Virus record (IMG/VR): IMGVR_UViG_2788500220_000014
Location: 37,405-101,404 of that record
Length of the DNA: 64,000 nucleotides
Origin: a virus
Taxonomy: Duplodnaviria; Caudoviricetes
Direction: 5' to 3' (one strand)
Position numbers and translations under genes: made by a program. Below, piece after piece: positions 56,210-64,000 of this stretch (position 1 is the first letter of the stretch; the number at the start of each line of letters is the position of its first letter). Under the pieces are notes generated by a model that did not search any database, was not told where the DNA came from, and was given only the letters and a program-made list of their open reading frames with translations.

Positions 56210-57072
56210 CTCTTTTTTCTCCGTTTTTGACGAGCAAGTACTTTACCTTGCTCCTTACTTATATCAACACCCATTCCCTTTCGGATTGTTTGCACAACTT
56301 CTTTATACATTTCCATCATCATCTTAACATCAGCTAACGCATTATGCCAATCATCAATATTGATGCCGTAAGCCTTTGATACTACACCCATTGATACAGA
56401 GTGATATCCCCAATTACCTTTCTTTATATACAGCTTATCAAGCAACTCCTGGGCCTCTGAGTCCCCTTCTCCTGCTCTCGTTTGGGTCTTTAATAGGGGA
56501 ACAAGGTAGTATTGCATGAGTTGCATGGTGTCTAGGACAGGATACTTCGGTAAGCTACCCTTTGATCTTACGTTTAGAAACTTTAAATCAAATGAAGCAT
56601 TCTGGGCGATGAATAATGGGTTTGGAAACCCGGCAGCCCATTCGAAAAAGTTGCCTAAGACTTCTTGCTCATCGCCGTATGTTCGGCCTTTTTCTCCATA
56701 TCGGGTCATAGCCAAGACTGCCTGAGGGTCTTTTAGCGGGCGCCGTGATTGTGAATTTTTCTTTTCCCACTCTTTTCGCTCTTCTGATTCTGGGTCATTC
56801 ATCAAGCGATCAGTTTCATCAGTGAACTTTATCTTCTCATTAAATTGGTCAAGCATTGTAGCATCCGACTGCCATGCATTTGGATCTACTGCAATTGCCC
56901 CTATCTCTGTTAACTGTGCAGAATTAGGGTGCATTCCTGTCGTCTCAGTATCAAAGAAGATCCATGTATTGTCAGCATATCCGTCGAGCAAATCTAGCAC
57001 ACCCTTAACTGTGCGGCCGGATAACTTATTCTCCACCAGCAATTCTCTTATGTACTCACGAAGTAGATTCAT
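56206..57072 (-). CDS. leader-tagged DEDDh 3'-5' exonuclease
   Basis: MNLLREYIRELLVE; DTETTG, NASFD, DT, HNALAD. Confidence 0.9.
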   Translation of the reverse strand: MNLLREYIRELLVENKLSGRTVKGVLDLLDGYADNTWIFFDTETTGMHPNSAQLTEIGAIAVDPNAWQSDATMLDQFNEKIKFTDETDRLMNDPESEERKEWEKKNSQSRRPLKDPQAVLAMTRYGEKGRTYGDEQEVLGNFFEWAAGFPNPLFIAQNASFDLKFLNVRSKGSLPKYPVLDTMQLMQYYLVPLLKTQTRAGEGDSEAQELLDKLYIKKGNWGYHSVSMGVVSKAYGINIDDWHNALADVKMMMEMYKEVVQTIRKGMGVDISKEQGKVLARQKRRKKR

Positions 57073-57743
57073 TCTGACAGGTCCTTTATCATCCAATCGA
57101 TTGCCGTATTTAGTGTGTACGTAGTCGCCTGGAGCTGTTCATTTCCATAAGCATTTTTATGACGTTTGATTGTCTTTGTATCATCCCAATCCTCAACGCT
57201 CTCCAATAATGCCTCTGCAAGATAAATTATGGAAAGATATGCTAGCTTTCCTACTTCAAAAACAGAGTCTGGAAATTCCTGCTCGCTGGCCTTGACGCTT
57301 TCAAGCCTTGATAACTTTTCAGTTGCATTAGCAATTAACTTAGGAGAAACATCACGGATATCCTGTACAGCTCTCTCAGCTGTTTCTCTCATTCTATCTT
57401 GATACTCTTCCTTATATTGAGTTACATCATTGAGCTGCATAACATACACGTCTTTTGAGTACTCAGAAACAACATCCATCATGATGCCTATTTCTTCGTT
57501 AAGGTGTTCTTCTTCAACTCGGGCCATTGCATGCCACTCTGTCTTACCGTCATACCCAACCCTCTTTCCTAAAGATCCTAAAATACAATGTGCAGCCTCC
57601 GCATACCTTGCAGCTCCTACGTTATACTCCATTATACTATTATATCCACCAGACGATGGAATTCCCCCATAGTTATGCCCCCTAATTGGGCACATATTTT
57701 CATTAATAAGCAAGGTGCGTATATATGTACGTAATAAACTCAT
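57069..57743 (-). CDS. leader-tagged hypothetical protein
   Basis: MSLLRTYIRTLLINE. Confidence 0.8.
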   Translation of the reverse strand: MSLLRTYIRTLLINENMCPIRGHNYGGIPSSGGYNSIMEYNVGAARYAEAAHCILGSLGKRVGYDGKTEWHAMARVEEEHLNEEIGIMMDVVSEYSKDVYVMQLNDVTQYKEEYQDRMRETAERAVQDIRDVSPKLIANATEKLSRLESVKASEQEFPDSVFEVGKLAYLSIIYLAEALLESVEDWDDTKTIKRHKNAYGNEQLQATTYTLNTAIDWMIKDLSE

Positions 57744-58267
57744 TAGAAATTCACCGCCCCTATAACATCAACATCTGGATACTGTTTTTCCATTTTGTCT
57801 TTGAGGTGACCTATCTCCTGTCGCATCATCTTACCAAAATGAATTAACATACCTGGCTTTGCATACCTTTTAAAGAACTCATCCATTAGTTGGCTAGCCA
57901 CCTTCTGGCCACCTTTGTCACCGCGGGTCTTCATATAATCGATATACCAGCCGTTGTCACCGTATTTATGAAAATCCAGAAATCCTATGACGCAAACGTC
58001 TGAAACACCGGGGACCATTTGGCCCTTGCGAGGCTTCTTTAACCTTCTGCCTGATCGGCCATAATGATCCCACTCTTGATATTCATTAAAATATGCATCA
58101 CGCATTGGCTTACCGGTCGGTGACATATTGGGTTCCTTTACTGAAGTATCGCAAAGTGCTAATCTTTTTACATTCCTTGCTCTGGCATATGTAAGAGGAG
58201 AGTCAAGCTCTCTAAACTCAATACCCTCTGCCAAAACTTCTCTTATGTATTTCTTTAATAAAATCAC
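57743..58267 (-). CDS. leader-tagged GNAT-like protein
   Basis: ILLKKYIREVLAE; IGFL..YIDYM..GQKVASQLM. Confidence 0.65.
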   Translation of the reverse strand: MILLKKYIREVLAEGIEFRELDSPLTYARARNVKRLALCDTSVKEPNMSPTGKPMRDAYFNEYQEWDHYGRSGRRLKKPRKGQMVPGVSDVCVIGFLDFHKYGDNGWYIDYMKTRGDKGGQKVASQLMDEFFKRYAKPGMLIHFGKMMRQEIGHLKDKMEKQYPDVDVIGAVNF

Positions 58268-58279
58268 TTTATAGATCCC

Positions 58280-59143
58280 TTAATATGCCATGTAGGTTTC
58301 CCAAAAGCCCTCACCATGTTTATCTTCCCACTCAGCATACTCACCTCTAGAATTATTACCATCTGGGAAAATAAATCTAGAGCCATCCTTCATAATAATT
58401 TCCCAATTAATCCCATTAAATGGTTCATCATGATCTGAATAAGTAGATATTGATTTTAAATGAGATTTCCCAATATCTCTATCGTACATAATCCCCAAAA
58501 TTGTATAAATATCTTGCATAGTCTTACGAGAAGGAGACGATCCAGCAGCATTAGGCATCGGGCCTGTTGTCGTAACAGTTACTGCAGTTACCCACTTTCC
58601 GCGGTCACGGTTCATATTTTTAAACCTTTTTAATTCTACCTTTGTACCAGCAGGAAGATTGTCAATTTTCTTTGCGAATCTGTCACCGGACTTTTTCCAC
58701 TTATCAAAAATTAACTCATCTGCATAAGAATGAAGACCAGAACGATTTCCGAGGCCTGGCCAGATATTTTTTCCAGCGACTGTTACCCGGTTTCCTTCTT
58801 CTGCCCAGTTTAGTATTTCTTGTGTTGGATCACCTGATCCTATTTGATCACCATACGATTCTCGGATGCGGGCTGCGCCACTTAAATAGTACCAGTCAAC
58901 GGCCGCGTTGACATCCTCATCTGTAAACTCACCTGGATATGCAGCCTTAGCATCATCAACCGCTATAGCATTAGAGTCACTCCATGTAGAATACCCAAGA
59001 TCAAACCCCATTTCTTGAATCATATCTAAAACTTCTTGAAAGCGGCGCGCGCGGTGTTGATCTATATTCAGTGATGGATCAGGGCCTTCTGTAATAGATT
59101 TCCGAATTAACTTTCGTAATCGTGATTTGGTTATTTTTATCAT
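58280..59143 (-). CDS. leader-tagged hypothetical protein
   Basis: MIKITKSRLRKLIRKSITE. Confidence 0.8.
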   Translation of the reverse strand: MIKITKSRLRKLIRKSITEGPDPSLNIDQHRARRFQEVLDMIQEMGFDLGYSTWSDSNAIAVDDAKAAYPGEFTDEDVNAAVDWYYLSGAARIRESYGDQIGSGDPTQEILNWAEEGNRVTVAGKNIWPGLGNRSGLHSYADELIFDKWKKSGDRFAKKIDNLPAGTKVELKRFKNMNRDRGKWVTAVTVTTTGPMPNAAGSSPSRKTMQDIYTILGIMYDRDIGKSHLKSISTYSDHDEPFNGINWEIIMKDGSRFIFPDGNNSRGEYAEWEDKHGEGFWETYMAY

Positions 59144-59161
59144 ACTAAAACTCTCCTAACA

Positions 59162-59620
59162 TCATCTAGGTACCTCTTCTATTCTACCACATATAACTAT
59201 GGGGGGTATAGGCTCAAAATCCCCTAAGCCAAAATCATTCGACATCTCTGGTCGACCGGCAGTCTGGGGATTCGTTGCAATGGTTATATGAGGATAAGAT
59301 ATACCAAGTGTATATAAAGGCAGATCACCAAGCTCAACTAGCCCAGTAATAACCTGATCATTCTTTGCGATTCCAACTATAGTTACACACTCTTCTGAGC
59401 CAATCCACCTAGATGGTAATCTATGCTTTGATTGTTGTCCGGATGCAGGTGATATTATAGTCATATGATGTGAGTGCAATTTCCATTTCTCAGGAGATAG
59501 TTTGGATAGTTCTTGATGAGATGTGCCATCTAAAACGAGTGCTGTATACTCTATGCTTTTATCAGGTGTTAAGTACATCTCAGATAACAGTTCCTTTATG
59601 TATACGCGTAGTAAATTCAT
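59162..59620 (-). CDS. leader-tagged 2H phosphoesterase
   Basis: MNLLRVYIKELLSE; HHMTI and PHITI; P..SN. Confidence 0.8.
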   Translation of the reverse strand: MNLLRVYIKELLSEMYLTPDKSIEYTALVLDGTSHQELSKLSPEKWKLHSHHMTIISPASGQQSKHRLPSRWIGSEECVTIVGIAKNDQVITGLVELGDLPLYTLGISYPHITIATNPQTAGRPEMSNDFGLGDFEPIPPIVICGRIEEVPR

Positions 59621-59826
59621 TATTCTTTTCTCCTATGTGAATAATCATTCCAGCCTTGGATCTTTTTACACATAGAATCTAGATTGAAGCTCTCCGGGGG
59701 GCTCCAGAATGGAAGTATTCCATGAAGGATAAGAAATATGCTACTCAACCCTAAATGAATTGCAACCTTACCGGCAAAGATTAGGTGGCTTATATACGTC
59801 TCGTTATTTTCCCTAAGGTGCTTCAT
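59620..59826 (-). CDS. DUF6356-like small membrane protein
   Basis: HL.EN.ETY..H..FA..HG..PF. Confidence 0.7.
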   Translation of the reverse strand: MKHLRENNETYISHLIFAGKVAIHLGLSSIFLILHGILPFWSPPESFNLDSMCKKIQGWNDYSHRRKE

Positions 59827-61889
59827 TTTCCGTCCACCATATTGACTATCTCTTTGATTGTGGCAGTATATACATCAATTCCCTCATCAGACATCTCTTG
59901 AATAAACTGCCTAAACTCTTCTTCACTAGGGTGATTCGGCATACCCCTACGTTGGTAATACTTTTTCCAGATATATACATTCTTGACCTGAATCTTATCC
60001 ATGACTATTTCGTCATACATTTTTAGTCGATGATAACTATCACTTGGCAGCTTGACTGAATCAACCACTGCCTCCCTAAGTGTGCCAGCATACTTCATCA
60101 TAACTTTCTCTGCTGAGTCTAAATAGTGCTTAATCATCGAGTTGAGCTGAACTTTATCACGCCGGCGGGCAACTTCACGCCATGTATCTAGCCCAGTACC
60201 TGCTTCAGGTTCATTTTTTTCTAGCCACCCGTTTATCGATGACAACAAGTCTTTTTTCATGGGATCAGTAATACTGGGATCCTTAACTAATCTCACAATA
60301 TATTCCATTGTAATATTTCTTCTGCCACCCTTCTCTGGAAGGGTGAACATGTCTTCCATACCTGATGCTATTTGTTGTCCCTCTACCTCTATGACAACTC
60401 CGCCCCTGGCAGTAATGCCCCCTTTTATAAAGTCAGCATTAGCTCCCCTAGTAAACACAGATGCTTGTTTGGAGGTACCCCTAATATCCAATAAACCGTA
60501 TGCCCCATTTAAGTTAGTAATGTGATAACCTTTCACCTCTTGTTTAAGACTCCCAAATATTCTGGTCATCATTTGTGAGCCGAGAGGAAGGAACATATCA
60601 TCTTCATCTCGAAATTGAATCATTGTTGAGTAACTTTCCTGATTTATAATCTTTTGCTTTTTTCCATACTTCTCAGTCAAAATCCTTTCGGTGTAAAGGC
60701 CATCTCCCTCATAAATAAATTCATTACGCTGATTAAATGCCAGCCCCTGAGCATCTCCTAAAATTTCGACCTCGGCCATACATTCGTTACGTGCTCCACC
60801 CATGATATCTGAGCCGGACCATGAAGGGAGAATATCTGATAGTTCTGGTACCCAAAACCCATAGTCCTCTAGATCATCAAATAGTAATTCACTAACCCCT
60901 ATCTTTTCAACATCTTCTTCATCTAAGTCCCGAATATCTTGAACATTATTATCAATCATATATTCAACAATCTTTACAACTGACGTTCTATCAAAACAAA
61001 CGTTCGAATCCATTACATCACGAAAAAAACCATACCCCTTATCAAAGAAAGTTGCACCTGACATGAGATCATCAAACAGCTCTTCGTCATAATCTAACTT
61101 TTCAAAATAGTAATGACGTAAGTCATCTTCAGAGACCATTCCTAAAGTATCGGCACCATTATATAAAAATAAAACCTTATTATACTCGTTGGCCGCATGA
61201 AGAAGGTCACCTATGTCGAATGAGAATCCGCTCTCGTATTCAGGTTGAACATCAACCACCACCACACTTCCGCTTGATGCTTGCTCCAACAAGGTGTGTG
61301 TGTACAATTCCATAAGGCCTAAAGATTTAAGAAAATTCTCTTGATTGTCTTTGTCAGATTGCTCCATACCCTCTTTATCAAGCAGCATATTTCTTCTGTT
61401 GGCAGTCTCCCAGCTATACTCATTAGACTCTTTCATCCATGCATCGCGATCCTGCATCATCGCATAGAGATCATCGTCCCATGGGCCTTCTCCACCTTTC
61501 ATGGCACAATTGAGTATAGCTTCTTCAGCAGTAAATTCTTTGTATACCTCAGGTTGGTACATGTCGTAATAGGCCTCTTTGTCAACTCCATTCGGTTTAG
61601 TTACCTTGGTCTGATCATCAAAAACCAGATCGCCCATCTCGACCCAACCGTGGACAACTGGCTTTGGAGGACTCTTCCATTTGTTTGTTACTGTACCATG
61701 AACAACCTTAAACTTGCTCTTGTCATTTAAGTCCGGATGCTTCTTTGCCGATCGGCCTGGCCTTCCCTTGGTATAGTATTTCTCAAACCATTCCTCGGCT
61801 TTCTGGTATGCAAAGGGAAAGCACATGCCTGTGGCAAGGACGTTTTGCTCTTTAAGGAGTTCCCTTATGTACTCACGGAGAAGTTTCAT
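59823..61889 (-). CDS. leader-tagged multi-domain protein (Cys-His-Asp hydrolase-like + isochorismatase-like + possible ART-like)
   Basis: MKLLREYIRELLKE; GMCF/HGWVE/FD; VVDVQP..GG..EC; YHIT..S..DEIV. Confidence 0.7.
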   Translation of the reverse strand: MKLLREYIRELLKEQNVLATGMCFPFAYQKAEEWFEKYYTKGRPGRSAKKHPDLNDKSKFKVVHGTVTNKWKSPPKPVVHGWVEMGDLVFDDQTKVTKPNGVDKEAYYDMYQPEVYKEFTAEEAILNCAMKGGEGPWDDDLYAMMQDRDAWMKESNEYSWETANRRNMLLDKEGMEQSDKDNQENFLKSLGLMELYTHTLLEQASSGSVVVVDVQPEYESGFSFDIGDLLHAANEYNKVLFLYNGADTLGMVSEDDLRHYYFEKLDYDEELFDDLMSGATFFDKGYGFFRDVMDSNVCFDRTSVVKIVEYMIDNNVQDIRDLDEEDVEKIGVSELLFDDLEDYGFWVPELSDILPSWSGSDIMGGARNECMAEVEILGDAQGLAFNQRNEFIYEGDGLYTERILTEKYGKKQKIINQESYSTMIQFRDEDDMFLPLGSQMMTRIFGSLKQEVKGYHITNLNGAYGLLDIRGTSKQASVFTRGANADFIKGGITARGGVVIEVEGQQIASGMEDMFTLPEKGGRRNITMEYIVRLVKDPSITDPMKKDLLSSINGWLEKNEPEAGTGLDTWREVARRRDKVQLNSMIKHYLDSAEKVMMKYAGTLREAVVDSVKLPSDSYHRLKMYDEIVMDKIQVKNVYIWKKYYQRRGMPNHPSEEEFRQFIQEMSDEGIDVYTATIKEIVNMVDGK

Positions 61890-62652
61890 CTTTTAACTCC
61901 TGGAATAAGCTGTAGAACCGCTTAACGTATCTTTTCTTTGTTTTCTCCGAAACTTTGCTCAAACGAAGTGGCTCGTAATTGAGATCAAATAGGTATTTTT
62001 GAAAATCCCTAAAGTCATCATTCTCTATAGCCGACCGCAATTTATCTCCTGTGTGACCTTTATCATCTCTGATAGCTTTTCGTGTAGAAGATATGATGGG
62101 AATAAGGCGAGCTTGTACTTCTTCTGTAGAGTCCTCATAAGCCTGTTTAGAAATATCAAACTGATCATCTCCACCAGCAGCCCTATATTTTTTGTCACCC
62201 GAGCGTGTCTTATTGATCTGATGAGTGAGTTCATGTTCTAAAATTGAAATGACTTGGGGGTCATTCGCAAAATAGCTTAACGCATTACCGGATTTTTGTA
62301 CCTTCTCAAAGACCGGTGGCGTAGGAAATATCTGCAACTCATTATCCGGAGTTATTTCTGCTCTCTTTTTGAGATAGCGAGAATTCGGATCCTTATTGGG
62401 ATTGATGATTGTGACAAAGAGTTCTTCGAACCCGTCAATCAAATCGGTACCTTCCTCAGGTAGCGGCATCTCTTTCATCTCATAGACTTTATAAACCATA
62501 CCGGAACCATCAACACCAAATTCTGGTCCTACATCAGCAAAATTTGAGCCAGATCTCATGCTAGAAATAATGGTGTCAATAAGATCAACATATTGCGAAT
62601 CCGATTTTCTTTCGGTCAACAGCTCTCTTATATACTCGCGTAGTAGTTTCAT
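61873..62652 (-). CDS. leader-tagged HExxH zincin-like protein
   Basis: MKLLREYIRELLTE; LEHELTH..EEVQAR. Confidence 0.75.
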   Translation of the reverse strand: MKLLREYIRELLTERKSDSQYVDLIDTIISSMRSGSNFADVGPEFGVDGSGMVYKVYEMKEMPLPEEGTDLIDGFEELFVTIINPNKDPNSRYLKKRAEITPDNELQIFPTPPVFEKVQKSGNALSYFANDPQVISILEHELTHQINKTRSGDKKYRAAGGDDQFDISKQAYEDSTEEVQARLIPIISSTRKAIRDDKGHTGDKLRSAIENDDFRDFQKYLFDLNYEPLRLSKVSEKTKKRYVKRFYSLFQELKDETSP

Positions 62653-63323
62653 AGTTTCACCAACCTGCCTGCAGAACTAAGCGCATCTAAAGTTGGTGAT
62701 CCAGTCGACTTATACAACTTTGATAGAGGGCTCTGTAATAAAATATCTTTACCATAAGGATCCCAAGGAGTCTCTTCATTCTCTTCATCCCAAAAATAAC
62801 CATCTTGATGCTCGTACGATAACCACTGCGGGCAATCGTCCCCCTTTGTCTCTGGTGTGAGACGACCAGATAAATCGTCTAACTGAATAGTGATTACATC
62901 TGGACGACGAGTGGCATAATAGTTCCAAATAGAATATGCATCGCTAGAAATGTTTCTTCTATCTGGTAGTAAACCGCTTCCTTCAGCAGTTGCAGTTTCC
63001 ATTGCAATATCATAAAGCATAGGACCAAATCCTTTAGCTTCATCATCAACATGAGCCCAACTAATCTCATATCCCCCTAGACAATCAGCTTCATCTGATT
63101 TAACTGCAGAAAGGATACCGATAGATGCCCTATTCATAATAGATGTCATGCCTAGATTTTTAGAAGAATTATTTTTCCAGTAGTCTACCTCTTTAGGATC
63201 CGCAATCCAGATCTCTATATCTCCATCATCTCTACTTAAATACACCTTCATATTACCGAGAGACTCGGGGCCCTTTGCAGCTTCCCTAATTAGCTCTTTT
63301 ATGTACTCACGTAGGAGGGTCAT
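62649..63323 (-). CDS. leader-tagged GNAT-like protein
   Basis: MTLLREYIKELIRE; KGFGPMLYDIAME..DR..S.DA..W. Confidence 0.7.
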   Translation of the reverse strand: MTLLREYIKELIREAAKGPESLGNMKVYLSRDDGDIEIWIADPKEVDYWKNNSSKNLGMTSIMNRASIGILSAVKSDEADCLGGYEISWAHVDDEAKGFGPMLYDIAMETATAEGSGLLPDRRNISSDAYSIWNYYATRRPDVITIQLDDLSGRLTPETKGDDCPQWLSYEHQDGYFWDEENEETPWDPYGKDILLQSPLSKLYKSTGSPTLDALSSAGRLVKL

Positions 63324-64000
63324 TCTCCGCTCCATATCTCGTTTTGTGATCTGTCGAAGATAGGTACGCCTATTTCACGAGCTAGCTTAATTATCTTTCC
63401 AACTCTGCCAGGTGGATCTTCATCAAGATCGCGACCCTTATTTAGTCTCTTTAATATTTGTATGACTTCATAGTCTGGAATGAGGCCTAAGGGTTTCCAA
63501 TTATCAACCAGCGCTTCACCACCATGAGACACTGAGTCCCACATCGATTGATCTAATACGTACGGAATATTACGAGCCATCTTTTCAGCAAACTCATTAC
63601 CACGTGTAAGTTGCCCATAACGACTATAGTCCTTCGACACAGTCGGTCGCTTATTTCTTCCGGAAGACTTATCTCTATGTGTGACCTCTTCTTCAGAACC
63701 CTCTTTCCCAAGGCCATAATCATCATAGTGGCCGGTATAGAGATTATCCATATCATTACCTGCTAGTGTGATTCTTCCTTTTACCCATAGACCAGTATTG
63801 CTTCCACTTATTGCAAAGTCTTCACCAGGTAAACTCATAAGTGTAGATAGCTCATCTTTGCCCTTACCTATCAAATCTTCTAAGGCATATACATCGCCCC
63901 AATGTACTGTGTTTAGGGTTGATAGCCATTTGTGATCTGCATTTTTTGCAAAGGCACGCTTAATTGCTCTACCCCCGCCTTTTCCAGGATCACCACCAAA
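63320..64000 (-). CDS. hypothetical protein, 5' end beyond window (possible ART-like fold)
   Basis: Frame open to 64000; TVHW..ELST..GL.VKG..D.LYT..EALVDN. Confidence 0.7.
   Translation of the reverse strand, partial: FGGDPGKGGGRAIKRAFAKNADHKWLSTLNTVHWGDVYALEDLIGKGKDELSTLMSLPGEDFAISGSNTGLWVKGRITLAGNDMDNLYTGHYDDYGLGKEGSEEEVTHRDKSSGRNKRPTVSKDYSRYGQLTRGNEFAEKMARNIPYVLDQSMWDSVSHGGEALVDNWKPLGLIPDYEVIQILKRLNKGRDLDEDPPGRVGKIIKLAREIGVPIFDRSQNEIWSGE

Noticed and set aside
2288-62241. Numerous antisense ORFs in the track (e.g. 2288-2638, 21117-21629, 28824-29354, 52572-52997)
   Set aside because: Fully overlap well-supported genes on the opposite strand and have shadow-like composition
1-64000. Genome-wide stop-codon reassignment
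   Set aside because: Conserved genes are intact in code 11 and end in TAA, TAG or TGA with ATGA overlaps; only one in-frame TGA anomaly was found
1-64000. tRNA or rRNA genes
   Set aside because: No cloverleaf or rRNA signature recognised by eye; tRNAscan-SE was not run

Overview
This looks like a gene-dense, mostly minus-strand segment of a very large (jumbo/huge) tailed bacteriophage genome read in the standard genetic code. No capsid, terminase or polymerase gene lies in the window, so the phage call rests on the gene mix and organisation. Main blocks: (1) arrays of tiny 'MK[VI]GDLV' SH3/KOW-like genes behind a shared GTG[CT]A[AT]-N17/18-TATAAT promoter (1-880, 8.6-15.1 kb, 48.9-51.5 kb); (2) a ~630-nt highly structured non-coding RNA candidate with its own promoter and terminator (6098-6725, minus strand), close to thyX; (3) two arrays of unrelated cargo proteins sharing a short basic amphipathic N-terminal leader ending in [IL]xE ('MKITKRQLRRIIKEE', 15.7-27.3 kb; 'MxLLREYIRELLxE', 52.5-64 kb). 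The second array includes a CCA-adding enzyme/HAD fusion, a DEDDh exonuclease, a 2H phosphoesterase, GNAT-like proteins and a multi-enzyme polyprotein, and is best read as a capsid-targeting/protease-maturation system for injected proteins; (4) a host-manipulation region (27.4-56 kb) with IscA, NfuA-like, FGE-sulfatase fusion, Hint-domain protein, ceramidase-like, fatty-acid hydroxylase, patatin, M15/C39/C1/S1 peptidases, lytic transglycosylase, dNK, DnaJ, SET, Smr and SNase. Also present are a 33-aa 10-Cys peptide missed by the ORF track, a double-glycine leader peptide, and a bL12-CTD protein whose frame continues through a single in-frame TGA. All functional calls come from motif recognition by eye; no database searches were run.
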